64,000 nt of DNA from Malacoraja senta (taxonomy: Eukaryota). The notes under the pieces were generated by a model. It was not told the DNA's origin, ran no database searches, and worked only from the letters and a program-made list of their open reading frames with translations. Both the position numbers and the translations under genes were made by a program. The stretch lies in contig CM075990.1 of assembly GCA_038087875.1 (NCBI GenBank), forward strand, positions 3,474,001 to 3,538,000, read 5' to 3'. Positions 25,398-37,525 of the stretch are shown here, in pieces (the first letter of the stretch is position 1; each line of letters starts with the position of its first letter).

Positions 25398-26162
25398 GAT
25401 GTGGCCCGCCATCCGCTCACAGACATGCCTCCTGGCCTCTATGCAGAACAAGGTTGCCGACTCCTGCTCTACAAGATCAGTCTGTTTCCACACTGTACCT
25501 CGACAAAATAAGGAGGAGGGATGAGCAGAGAGGTTTGCAGATCAATTCCAGCAGTTCGGGCCTAGGAATTGAGGGCCACTCAACCAGTGATGCAGCAAAA
25601 CAAACTTGGAGATGCTGAAGCCCAGCAAATACACATTGGCAACTGTCTTTTGCACAGTCCTGATATGGCTCTCCTGAAAGGTTAACTGTCCTCCCGAGGG
25701 CATAGGTTTCAGATGAAGGAGAAAAGATTTAATAGGAATCTGAGCGGTAACCTTTTTCACACAATGGTTGTGTTTGTACAGAACGAGCTGCCAGAGGAGG
25801 TACAGTGCCCTCCATAATGTTTGGGACAAAGACCCATCATTTATTTATTTGCCTCTGTACTTCACAATTTGAGATTTGTAATTTAAAAAAATTACATGTG
25901 GTTAAAGTGCACATTGTCAGATTTTATTAAAGGCCATTTTTATACATTTTGGTTTCATCATGTAGAAGTTACAGCTGTGTTTATACATAGTCCCCCCATT
26001 TCAGGACACCATAATGTTTGGGACACATGGCTTCACAGGTGTTTGTAATTGCTCAGGTGTGTTTAATTGCCTCCTTAATGCAGGTATAAGAGAGCTCTAA
26101 GCACCTAGTCTTTCCTCCAGTCTTTCCATCACCTTTGGAAACTTTTATTGCTGTTTATCAAC

Positions 26163-27966
26163 ATGAGGCCCAAAGCTGTGCCAATAAGCCACATTTTTGA
26201 CAATAAGTCAAATAAGCCATTATGAGACTGAGAAACAAGAATTAAACTGTTAGAGACATCAGCCAAACAGGCTTACCAAAATCAACTGTTTGGAACATCA
26301 TTAAGAAGAAAGAGAGCATTAGTGAGCTTACTAATCACAAAGGGACTGGCAGGCCAAGGAAGACCTCCACAGCTGATGACAGAATTATCTCTATAATAAA
26401 GAAAAATCTCTAAACACCTGTCCGACAGATCAGAAACACTCTTCAGGAGTCAGGTGTGGATTTGTCAATGACCACTGTCCACAGAAGACTTCATGAACAG
26501 AAATTCTTTTGTCCCGTTGTTGCGGTTTGTTTTGCTTTATTTTAGTTGTGTATGTGTGGGGGGGTGGGGAGAAGCATGTTTTTTGGCTCTTTCTTCAGGG
26601 GCGATGCGACCTTTCTTGCCGTATCCCCCGTCTCCGTCTCCGTCTGCGCTGAGGCCTATCGCGGAGCTGGCAGCCTCCAACTGGGACCAACCTCGGGGCT
26701 CGGGAGGCAGAGTCAGCTGGGACTTGCCAGCTGGCCGACTTCGGGGCTGTGGCGGCGTTGCGACCCGACTTCCGACCCGACTTCGGAGCCTCAGAGGCTC
26801 GGCGAGGGCCAGTGGACGACATCGTCGGGAGCTCGCAGGTCACAGGTTGGTGACCTGTTTTTCCGTAGCTCCCGCAACGACAGCTGCGTCCGCTGGACTG
26901 GAGGGCGGCAGCTTCGGCAGCTTCGACCGCCCTGGGCCGCGGAGTTTGAACCGGCCCGTTCGGATTCAGCCGCGGGACTTACTTACCATCACCCGGCGGG
27001 GTCACAACATCGGAGGCCTGGATCACCTCAGCGCAGAGGGAGAGCAAGGAGGGAAGAGACGTGGACTTTGGGACTTTTTACCTTCCATCACAGTGAGGAG
27101 GTGCCTGGTGGACTCACTGTGGTGGATGTTAAACTGTGTTGATTGTGTGTTTTTGTTATTTATTCTATGTTATGACTGCAGGCTAAACCATTTTGTTGCA
27201 CTGAAAAGTGCAATGACAATAAATTGAATCAAAATCAAATCAAAATCAAATCAAATACAAAGGCTACACTGCAAGATGCAAACCACTGGTTAGCTGCTAA
27301 AATAGGATGGCCAGGTTACAGTTTTGCCAAGAAGTACTTAAAAGAGCAACTACAGTTCTGGGAAAAGCTCTTGTGGACAGATGAGACGAAGATTAACTTA
27401 TATCAGAGTGATGGCAAGAGCAAAAGTATGGAGGAGAGAAGGAACTGCCCAAGATCCAAAGCATACCACCTCATCTGTGAAACACAGTGGTGGGGGTGTT
27501 ATGGCCTGGGCATTTATGGCTGCTGAAGGTACTGGCTCACTTATCTTCATTAATGATACAACTGCTGATGGTGGTAGCATAATGAATTCTGATGTGTATA
27601 GACACACCCTCTCTGCTCAAGTTTCAAACAAATGCCTCAAAACTCATTGGCCGGCGGTTCATTCTACATCAAGACAATGATCCCAAACTTACTGCTAAAG
27701 CAACAAAGGAGTTTTTTACAGCTAAAAAATGGTCAATTCTTGAGTGGCCAAGTCAATCACCTGATCTGAACCCAATTGAGCATGCCTTTTATATGCTGAA
27801 GAGAAAACTGAAGGGGACTAGCCCCCAAAACAAGCATAAGCTAAAGATGGCTGCAATACAGGCCTGGCAGAGCATCACCAGAGATGACACCCAGCAACTG
27901 GTGATGTCCATGAATCACAGACTTCAAGCATTCATTGCATGCAAAGGATATGCAACAAAATACTAA
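26163..27966 (+). pseudogene. Tc1 DDE transposase remnant
   Basis: LWTDETKINL, VKHSGGGVMAW, HQDNDPK and WPSQSPDLNPIEH motifs lie in different frames. Interrupted by a ~750-bp insert. Confidence 0.92.
26504..27256 (+). mobile_element. GC-rich non-autonomous retroposon inserted in the Tc1 transposase
   Basis: Host cagaaat|..|acaaaggctacac is split. The insert has a T-rich start, a GC-rich body, tgacaataaa and an (aaatc)n tail. Confidence 0.75.
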
Positions 27967-28671
27967 ACATGACTACTTTCATTTACATGACATTGCTGTG
28001 TCCCAAACATTATAGTGCCCTGAAATGGGGGGGCTATGTATAAACACTGCTGTCATTTCTACATGGTGAAACCAAAATGTATAAAAATGGCCTTTATTAA
28101 AATCTGACCATATGCACTTTAACCACATGTGATTTTTTTCTATTACAAATCTGAAATTGTGGAGCGCAGAGGCAAATAAATAAATGATGGGTCTTTGTCC
28201 CAAACATTATGGAGGGCACTGTTAGTTGAGGCGGGGACTATCCCAATATTTAGGAAACAGTTAGACAGGTACATGGATAGGACAGGTTTGGAGGGATATG
28301 GACCAAACGCAGGCAGGTGGGACTAGTGAAACTGGGACATGTTGGTCATTGTGGGCAAGTTGGGCCGAAGGGCCTGTTTCCACACTGTATCACTCTATGA
28401 TTTGCAGTGTTAGCTACCTCATTGGAGACCCTCGGACTATCTTTGATCGGATTTGATTGACCTTTATCTTGCACTAAAGGTTATTCCCGTTATTCCCGTT
28501 TATCATGTCTAAATATATATTCTAGTCTCTTGAATCAGTGAATACGCTGCATTTTATCATGTGTAAGAAAGAACTGCAGATGCTGGTTTAAATTGAAGAA
28601 GATGCTGGAGTAACTCAGCGGGTGAGGCAGCATCTCTGGAGAGAAGGAATGGGCGACGTTTCGGGTCGAGA

Positions 28672-29893
28672 CTCTTCTTCTGGACCTATCTGCCGCCTTT
28701 GATACAGTGGACCATGGTATCTTAATATCTCGGTTACAGCACCTAGTGGGCATCTGTGGCAGTGCCCTGGGATGGTTCAGGTCCTATCTGGCAGACAGAA
28801 CCATGTGTGTAAGCCTTGCTGGTTTAGAATCCTCCTCCGCTCCTCTGTCATATGGGGTTCCACAGGGCTCAATTTTAGTGCCCCTGCTTTTCTCACTATA
28901 CTTACTTCCTCTGGGTTCCATTCTTAGAAAGCATGGCATCTCTTTTCATTGTTATGCTGATGATAGCCAACTATATATACCGCTGAGGAAGGAAGACGCC
29001 TTTTCTGTCAAATCACTTCTGTCATGTCTTGAGGACATTAAGTCCTGGATGGCCCTAAACTTTGTAGGATTTAATGAAAAGAAGACAGGTGATATTGTTT
29101 GGCCCCAATGGCTGCCGTGAACCTCCCCTTGTTGACTTAGATCATCAAATAGGCGCGGTGGTTAAGTCCAGCTTCTTTCACCTAAGGAAGCTGGCAAAGG
29201 TGAAGCCCATTCTCGAGCGGCAGCATTTTGAAACAGTAATCCATGCCTTTATTACATCTAGGCTGGATTACTGCAACGCACTCTATTTTGGAGTTGCACG
29301 ATCTTCACTGGCTCGTCTCCAGTTGGTTCAAAATGCTGCTGCTCGCCTTTTAACTGGAACTCGAAAGAGGGAGCACATAACGCCAATTCTGGCCTCCCTC
29401 CACTGGCTCCCGGTGCACTTTCCAGTTCATTTTAAAATTCTTTTATTTGTTTTTAAATCTCTAAATGGGCTCGCCCCGCCTTACCTCTCTGAACTGCTCC
29501 ACCCATACGCTCCTGCCCGGTGCCTCAGGTCAGCTGATCAGCTGCTCCTGGAGGTACCGAGGTCTAAGCGGAAGCTCAGAGGGGATAGAGCCTTCTCTGT
29601 TGCTGCTCCGGCACTCTGGAACACCCTGCCGTTGCACATCAGACAGGCCCCCTCACTGTCCAGTATTAAAACACATTTATATTCCTTGGCTTTTGACACT
29701 GCTTGAGACTTTGCTCCTGTTTTTAGTGCTTTTAATGTTTTTAATTTTATTGTTTTTACTCTTTCGTTTAATGTTTTTATTGTTATGTAATAATTTCTTG
29801 TCCATGATTAGTCATGTACAGCACTTTGTTGCAACTGCAGTTGTTTTTAAAGTGCTCTATAAATTAAGTTATTATTATAGTTCTTATTATTAT
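28672..29893 (+). mobile_element. L2-clade LINE 3' portion, frameshifted and internally deleted
   Basis: LLDLSAAFDTVDH, YGVPQGSIL, CYADDSQLY, SRLDYCNAL, LQLVQNAAARLL and HITPILASLHWLP motifs, then an (att)n tail. Inserted into a minus-strand pLTR. Confidence 0.9.
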
Positions 29894-29992
29894 TCTTCAG
29901 ACTGACGTCAGGGGAAGGGGCAGGACAAAGATAGAATGTAGGCGGAGACAGGAATGTAGACTCAAATAACGGGTTTGCCAGCAATGCCCAAG

Positions 29993-30293
29993 GGCGGCAC
30001 AGTGGCGCAGCGGTAGAGTTGCTGTCTTACAGCACTTACAGCACCAGCGAACCGGGTTCGATCCCACCACGGGTGCTATCTGTACAGAGTACATTCACTC
30101 CGTAGGTTTTCTCCGAGATATTTGGTTTCCACAGACGTACAGGTTTGTAGGTTAATTGGCTTGGTATAAATGTAAATTGTCCCCAGTGTGTGTGTGTGTG
30201 TGTGTAGGATAGTATTAGTGTACGGGGATCGTTGGTCGGCACGGACTCGGTGGGCCGAAGGGCCTGTTTCCGCGCTGCATCTCTAAACTAAAC
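29993..30293 (+). mobile_element. V-SINE (HE1-like)
   Basis: A box tggcgcagcgg, B box ggttcgatcc, tail ctctaaactaaact. Confidence 0.8.
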
Positions 30294-31065
30294 TCAGCCA
30301 AGGTAGACACAAAAAGCTGCAGTAACTCAGCGGGTTAGACAGCATCTCTGGAGAGAAGGAATAGGTGACCCTTCTTCAGACAAAATCCTCAACGTCTGAT
30401 CATCTGGGCAAATGGTTTTATAAGTGTGTGTGAGTGAGTGTGGGGGTGATATCGAGGATATAGGGGATCATGTGTGCTAGATGGATGTGTGTATAAGTGT
30501 TTTGTTAACACACAGGGAGTTGTCTTTGTGCACTAGGCCGTGATCAGAGCTTTTAGTGCAGGATGTCTCTACAGAGAATGCCTTGCTGATAAGAATGAGC
30601 TGTGATTTGTTTTTGTGTTTGAATTGTGTATCTACCAGTAAATAGCTGTCTTAGTGTGTGAGTCAAAACCTTATACATGTTTAATGCCGCTCCTTATTAT
30701 ACTTCATAGTGTTTTTCCATGTCACATTAGTCAGTGTGCTTTATGCTGCATAACTTATTGGACTTAATCAATTGTAAAGCTGCCAGATAAATATAAATAT
30801 AAATAATAAGCACACTGTAAGAAGATCCACTGATGGCTGTGTTTGGGTAATGGACTGTTCAATGTATTAACCAGCCATACAGATTGAGAAGGTCCCTGTC
30901 TACTCACCAAAGTCGCTCTTCTCTATCTGGGTGGTTGCCATAGTGATGAAAGTGGGCAAGAAAGGGGTAATTTAACACCGGGCGATCCCAAACATCGGTA
31001 AAACATTGATCAGAAGGCCATCTAGGCAGGTGAGCACTGGACTGGACCCTGGAATGCTGCATCTC

Positions 31066-31440
31066 ATAAGGTCATAAGGTCTCCAGGGATAGGAGAAGAA
31101 TTAGGCCATTCGGCTCATCAAGCCAACTCCGCCATTCAATCATGGCTGATCTTTCTCTTCCTCCTAACCCCATTCTCCTGCCTTCTCCCCATAACCCCTG
31201 ACACCCGTACTAATCAAATATCTATCTATCTCTGCCTTAAAAAATATCCAATGACTTGGCCTCCACAGCCTTCTGTGGCAAAGAATTCCACAGATTCATC
31301 ACCCTCCGAGTGAAGAAATTTCCCCTCATCTCCTTTCTAAAAGTACGTCCTTTAATTTTGAGGCTGTGACCTCTAGTCCTAGACCCTCCCACAAGTGGAA
31401 ACATCCTCTCCACATCCACTCTATCCAGGCCATTTACTGT
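31066..31440 (-). mobile_element. CR1/HER1-like LINE 3' fragment
   Basis: ORF 31237-31461 MFPLVGGSRTRGHSLKIKG..NLWNSLPQKAVEAKSLDIF. Confidence 0.85.
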
Positions 31441-31969
31441 TCGCTCACCACAATTGCTCACCTCAGAGCTAGCTTGGACTCTGTGGACTGAATGGCCTCC
31501 ATTCGTGTCATTATAAGTTTCGGATAAGACAGACCAAATACTACAGGGCTAGTTGGAGCGGCACGGTGGCGCAGCGGTGGAGTTGCTGCCTCACAGCGCC
31601 TGAGACTCTCAACCTTTGGGGTGTGGGAGGAAACCGGAGCACCTGAAGAAAACCCACACGGTCACAGGGCGAAACGTACAAACTCCGTACAGAGGGGATT
31701 GAACCTGGGTCTCTGGCACTGTAAGGCAGCAACTCTACCGCTGCGCCACCATGCCGACTCAGATGGAGGGAATAGACAGATGATTTCTGTTGAGGTCCGC
31801 ATCCTTCTTCAGACGTATTCAGATGGATCTTTCCCCTCTCACGTTAAGACTATGCCCCCTAATTTTCAACTCCCGTATACTGCAAGGCAGCAACTCTACC
31901 ACTGCGCTGCGCCACTGTGCCACCCATGTGGCCACTTTTCATACATGGCAACATTCCTAAAATTAGCAG

Positions 31970-32396
31970 TGACAAAAGCACTTTAACTTCCCCTCCCCCT
32001 CCCATTCCCACACTGACCTTTCTGTTCTGGGCCTCCTCCACCGTCAGAGTAAGGCCACACGCAAATTGGAGGAACACCACCTCAAATTTTCCTTGGGCAG
32101 CTTACACCCCAGCGGTATGAACAATGACTTCTTTAACTTCAAATAACCCTTACTTTCCCTCTCCCTCCATCCCTCCCCCACCCTGGTTCTCCATCACTGT
32201 CCACTTGATTAATTTTACTGTTTGTATGCCTCATTGTCACATTCCAACAATGCCTCAGCCAACAATGAGCCAGTCTACATTTCCTTAACATCGTCTGCTT
32301 TGATCTCTCGTATTCACACCTTACCCTTCCATATCTCAAGACTCCCTCTCCCCTGACTCCAGGTCTGAAGAAGGGTCTCAACCCGAAATGTCACCC
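31970..32396 (+). mobile_element. Penelope-like element 3' end (pLTR resumes at ~33080)
   Basis: HSHTDLSVLGLLHRQSKATRKLEEHHLKFSLGSLHPSGMNNDFFNFK*, then UTR and ggtCTGAAGAagggtctcaacccGAAAtgtcaccc. Confidence 0.8.
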
Positions 32397-33079
32397 AACT
32401 TTTAAGTTCCTGGGAACCATCATCTCCAAGGACCTTAAGTGGGGGCTACCTTCGACTCCACAGTCAAAAAGGCACAACAGAGGATGTACTTCCTACGGCA
32501 GCTGAGGAAGCACAATCTGCCACAGGTAATGATGGTCCAATTCTACACGGCCATCGTAGAGTCTGTCCTCACCTTCTCCATCATGGTCTGGTTTGGCTCA
32601 GCCACCAAGCACGACACCTGGAGGCTGCAGCGAATCGTCCGATCAGCAGAGAAGGTTATTGGTTGCAACGTTCCCTCCATTGATGAACTGTACACTGCAA
32701 GGGCCAGGAAGCGAGCGGGCAAGATCATCTCTGACCCCTCTCACCCTGGCCACAAACTCTTTGAATCACTTCCCTCTGGAAGGCAACTCCGGACTGTCAA
32801 AGCTACCACAGCCAGACATAAAAAATGTTTTTATCCACGAGTAGTTGCTCTACTCAACAGCCAAAAATCTGTAGCCTCCCTTTGATCTGGTATTTTGTTG
32901 GTTCACATGCTTGATCAATGGTGTTTTATCATTAATGTTTTATTATTATTAATGTTTAGTGTTTTCTGAGTCATTCGTAACTGTCACTGTATGTCATGTT
33001 GTTACTTGTGGGCGGAGCACCAAGGCAAATTCCTTGTATGTGAATACTTGGCCAATAAACTTACTTACTTACTTACTTA
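32397..33079 (+). mobile_element. Rex1/Babar-like LINE 3' portion
   Basis: FKFLGTIISKDLKW..KKAQQRMYFLRQLRKHNLPQ..DPSHPGHKLFESLPSGR, then aataaa and a (ctta)n tail. Confidence 0.88.
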
Positions 33080-33229
33080 TTCCTCCCACCAGCGACGCTG
33101 CCTGTCCCGCTGAGTTATCTTTGGTTTAAACCAGCAACTGCAGTTCCTTCCTACACATTCTGTGTCTATCTTTGGTGTAAACCAGCATCTGCGGTTCCTT
33201 CCTACACAAATTCCGTTTTCCTAGTGTTC

Positions 33230-33470
33230 GTTAAAGGATAAATGTCGGTCAGGACACCAGCGCGCACTCTTGCCCTTCGCGCTATAAAGTCAGATGCAGC
33301 TGACAAGATGGATGAGGAGTCGATTTAATGTTTCGCCTGATAGGCAACACCTCTGACGGCATCGCACTCCCCCAGTAATACGTTGGACAATCAGCCTTGA
33401 CTGTTTACTTAACTGTCTGAAGTGAAGCTTAGACATACAGCTTTCCATCACCGAGCTAGCGGTGACACTT
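33230..33470 (-). mobile_element. Degenerate DeuSINE (SacSINE1/AmnSINE1-like) relic
   Basis: ggataaatgtcggtcaggacacc..tttaatgtttc..cacctctgac..gcactccc resembles the reverse complement of the Deu-domain as I recall it. Confidence 0.55.
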
Positions 33471-33657
33471 CCTGTCACTTTGTGCTTCTCCCCTGAAACT
33501 GTCTGATGTATGTTTAGTTTAGTTTAGTTTAGTTTAGTCTGGTCTAGAGATACAGAACAGAAGCAGGCTTCTCGGCCCACTGAGTCCGCACCGACCATCG
33601 ATCAACCAGCACACTAACGCTATCCTACACACACTAGGGACAGTGTGCAGAGTTGCT

Positions 33658-33940
33658 GGGGCAGCACAGTGGCGCAGCGGTCGAGTTACTGCCTCACAGC
33701 GCCAGAGACCTGGGTTCGAGCCTGACTACGGGGGCTGCCTGTACGGAATTTGTACGTTCTCCCTGTGGGTTTTCTCCGGGTGCTGCGGTTTCCTCCCACA
33801 CTCCAAAGACATACAGGTTTGTAGGTTAATTGGCTTGGTAAAATTGTAAATTGTCCCTAGCATGTGTAGGATAGTGTTAGTGTGTGAAGTGATCGTAGGT
33901 CGGCATGGACTCGGTAGGCCGAAGGGCCTGTTTCTGCACT
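33658..33940 (+). mobile_element. V-SINE (HE1-like)
   Basis: A and B boxes, core and 3' end present. Confidence 0.8.
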
Positions 33941-35959
33941 GGTAGGAAAAAGTGCTGGAGAAACTCAGCGGGTGCAGCAGCATCTCCATAGCAGTAGCAT
34001 CTCCATCTCCATAGATGCTGCTGCACTCACAGAGTTTCTCCAGCACTTTTGTCTACCTTCGATTTTCCAGCATCTGCAGTTCCTTCTTAAACACTTTGTC
34101 TACTCCACTGCGAATACTCCTCAGCTCCATAGACGCTGCTGCACCCGCTGAGTTTCTCCAGCACTTTTGTCTACCTTCGATTTTCCAGCATCTGCAGTTC
34201 CTTCTTAAAAACTGTTTCTGCATTGTATCCCTAAACTAAACTAAAATGTACAATGTACAGAAGCCAACCTACAAACCTGTACGTCTTTGGAGTGGGGAGG
34301 AAACCAGAGCACCCGGAGAAATTACAAACTCCGTACCGGCAGCACCCGTAGTCAGAATCGAATCCGGGTCTGTGAGGCAGCAACTCTACCGCTGTGCCAC
34401 CGTGATGCCCACAGTCAAGTTCCCTCCATGTGTATAGCCTCATCTTACATCTGAACCTCAGCTCTCCAGACATAGAGTTTGACCATTACTGTGATAACCA
34501 AACAAACCCTTTCCAATAGACAGTGGTATCAGGCCCAGGCAGCTTAATAATTAGCCCGGTTACAAGAGGAAGCAGCGAGGAGCAATTTGGCTTAATGATT
34601 GCATTAAGTCTGGGTATGTGCTTTGTGGGCAGTGTGTGGGAATATATTCATCTCAGGCTCAATAACGTCTGGAGCTTCTGGTGTCTATTGTAGACATTTG
34701 CGCTGAGAGAATTGCTCAACATCATAACATCTTCTAAAAACAACAATGCTCCAGGCACGATCAGTAAAACCATAAGATCCTGGTGAGACTGCACTTGCAG
34801 TATTGTGTGCAGTTTTGGTCTCCTAATTTGAGGAAGGACATTCTTGCTATTGAGGGAGTGCAGCGTAGGTTCACCATGTTAGTTAAGGGATATGGGGAGA
34901 AAACAGGAATGGGGTACTGATTTAGGATAATCAGCCATGATCATATTGAATGGCGGTGCTGGCTCGAAGGGCCGAATGGCCTACTCCTGCATCTATGTTT
35001 CTATAAGACATAGGATCAGAATAAGGCTATTCGACCCATGCAGTTAGCTCCACCATTCAATCATGGCTGATCTATTTTTCCCTCTCAACCCCATTCTCCA
35101 GCCTTCTTCCTGTCACCTTTGACGCCAGTGTCTCTGGAGAACATGGGCTTTGGTAAAAATTGTAAATTGTCCCTAGCGTGTAGGATAGTGTTAGTTAGTG
35201 TACAGGCTGATTGCTGGTTGGTGTGGACTCAATGGGCCGAAGACTGTATCTATAAAGATATTAACTGCTGCATGTTGGATCAGAGATGTTGGAATGGACC
35301 GCCAAGGATGGTAATGTAATGGAGATCATGATCTAATGGAGAACGTACTGTACCTAGCATGGGTGTACACAAGTGTTTGTGGTGCAATGGACATCATGGA
35401 GACATAGTGGAGATCAAGATGTAATGAAGATTGCATTGTAGCAGGTATGACACATACTAGAGAAGATGCATGGAGATTATACTGAGATTGGGCCTGCACA
35501 GGAGATCTTATAGTATTGAAAATCGGCACGAGAGTTAGACCTTTGTTGATCAGATCAACATCATCTTATAGTTTTTACGACCAGCGTAATTATAGAACTA
35601 CAAAAGCACAAGATTTGGCCATTGCATCTATTAGTCATGGATAGTCATAGATCATAGTCATAGTCTAGTTAGTCATAGACATACAGCACAGAAACAGGCC
35701 TTTGGTCTGAAGAAGAATCTCGACCAGAAACGTCACCCATTCCTTCTCTCCAGAGATGCAGCCTGTCCCGCTGAGTTACTCCAGCTTTTTGTGTCTACTC
35801 TTCGTCCCAACTTGCCCACTCCGACCAAGATACCCGATCTACACTAGTCCCGCCTGCCTGCATTCATCCCATATCCCTCTAAACCTTTCCTATCCATGGT
35901 ACACAAAAATGCTGGAGAAACTCAGCAGGTGCAGCAGCATCTATGGAGCGAAGGAGATA

Positions 35960-35992
35960 GGCAACGTTTCGGGCCGAAACCCTTCTTCAGAC
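35960..35992 (-). ncRNA. Minimal type I hammerhead ribozyme motif in a Penelope pLTR
   Basis: Minus strand GU CUGAAGA A GGGU-UUCG-GCCC GAAAC GUU GCC, the same core as 24840-24873. Confidence 0.6.
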
Positions 35993-36284
35993 ACCATTTC
36001 ACAACACCCTTTCCTATCCATGCACCTAACCAAATGTAATTTAAATGTTGTTATAATAGTTTAGTTTTAGTTTAGCTTAGTTTTGTTTAGTTTATGGCCC
36101 CATAGCAGAAGCGTCCACATCGCGGGGCTGGATACTGGAAGTATCCTGAGCTAATTCTGCCACCACCATCATCTATTGTGACTAGTGATGGTTCCACTGA
36201 TTGTCGCTGGAAGCTTGCGTCCTTTTCAGCCGGACGATGACAGCGAGGCCAACATTTGTAACAAGATGGACACAAAATTGTCCA

Positions 36285-36654
36285 TAAGGTTTTTAAGGGC
36301 TTGGACACGCTAGAGACAGGAAACATTTTCCCGATGTTGGGGGAGTCCAGAACCAGGGGCCACAGTTTAAGAATAAGGAGTAGGCCATTTAGAACGGAGA
36401 AGTGGAAACACTATTTCTCACAGAGAGTGGTGAGTCTGTGGAATTCTCTGCCTCAGAGGGCGGTGGAGGCAGGTTCTCTGGATGCTTTCAAGAGAGAGCT
36501 AGATAGGGCTCTTAAAAATAGTGGTCAGGGGATATGGGGAGAAGGCAGGAACGGGGTACTGATTGGGGATGATCAGCCATGATCACATTGAATGGCGGTG
36601 CTGGCTCGAAGGGCCAAATGGCCTGCTCCTGCACCTATTGTCTATTGTCTATTG
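36285..36654 (+). mobile_element. CR1/HER1-like LINE 3' fragment
   Basis: ORF 36301-36582 is very similar to 5220-5486. (ctattgt)n tail. Confidence 0.88.
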
Positions 36655-36989
36655 AAAAGAAGAAGAAGAAGGAATTTAGTTTATTATTACAGTGAAAAGC
36701 TTTTTTGTTGCGTGTTATCCAGTGACTGGAAAGGCTATACATGATTACAATCAAGCCATCCCCAGTGTACAGATACAGGGCGAAGGGGAAATGTTCAGTG
36801 CAAGCTCCAGTAAAATCTGACTAAAGATGGTGCAAGGGTCTCCAATGTGGTAGATGGTAGATCAGGACCACTCTCTAGCTGGTGATAGGATGGTTCAGTT
36901 GCCTGATAACCGGCACCTGTTACCAGCCTCAACTCCCTCTTCCCATTATGTGGGTGATTGTGTTTTATCCAAAGATGTCCCTCTTAAGA

Positions 36990-37525
36990 GAGTCCAGAGT
37001 GTTTTATTGCCATGTGTCCCAAACAGAACGATGAAATTCTTACTTGCAACAGCACAACAGAATATGTAAACATAGCACTCTGCAAATATAATAAATGAAA
37101 AGAGAAGTTCAGTATATATATATACATAAAAACAAACAAACTATAACAGTGCAAAAAGACACTGCCCCCAAGTCTATGTGGTTTAGAGTTTATTTGGAGG
37201 CTGTAGTGTTTAATAGCCTGATGGCTGTAGGTAAGAAGCTGGATGTTACAGTTTTCAGGCTCCTGTACCTCCATCCCGATGGCAGGAGTGAAATGAGAGT
37301 GTGGCCAGGATGGTGTGGGTCTCTGATTGATGCTGGCTGCCTTTTTGAGGCAGCGACTCTTGTAGATCCCTTCGATGGTGGGGAGGCCAGAACCCGTGAT
37401 AGACTGGGCAGTGGTCACAACCTTTTGCAGTCTTCTTTGTTCAAGTTGCCGAACCAGGCCGTGATGCAACCAGTCAATTGGCTCTCTCCTGTACACCTGT
37501 AGAAGTTCAAAGGAATACTCTCTGA
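36990..37525 (-). mobile_element. Rex1/Babar-like LINE 3' fragment
   Basis: RRLQKVVTTAQSITGSGLPTIEGIYKSRCLKKAASI. Confidence 0.8.

Larger units (their letters stand above)
25803..28221 (+). mobile_element. Full-length Tc1/mariner transposon, IR/DR type, defective
   Basis: ~224-bp TIRs (25803-26026, 27998-28221), each with two ataatgtttgggaca direct repeats. TA target at 25801-25802 and 28223-28224, with one extra T at 28222. Confidence 0.95.
25698..28400 (+). mobile_element. CR1/HER1-like 3' fragment split by the Tc1 insertion
   Basis: ccagaggagg|TA at 25791-25802 continues as TAgttgaggc at 28223. Confidence 0.8.

Noticed and set aside
29993..30075. tRNA genes at SINE heads
   Set aside because: A and B boxes run straight into the SINE core and LINE-derived tail. 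I could not build a complete cloverleaf.
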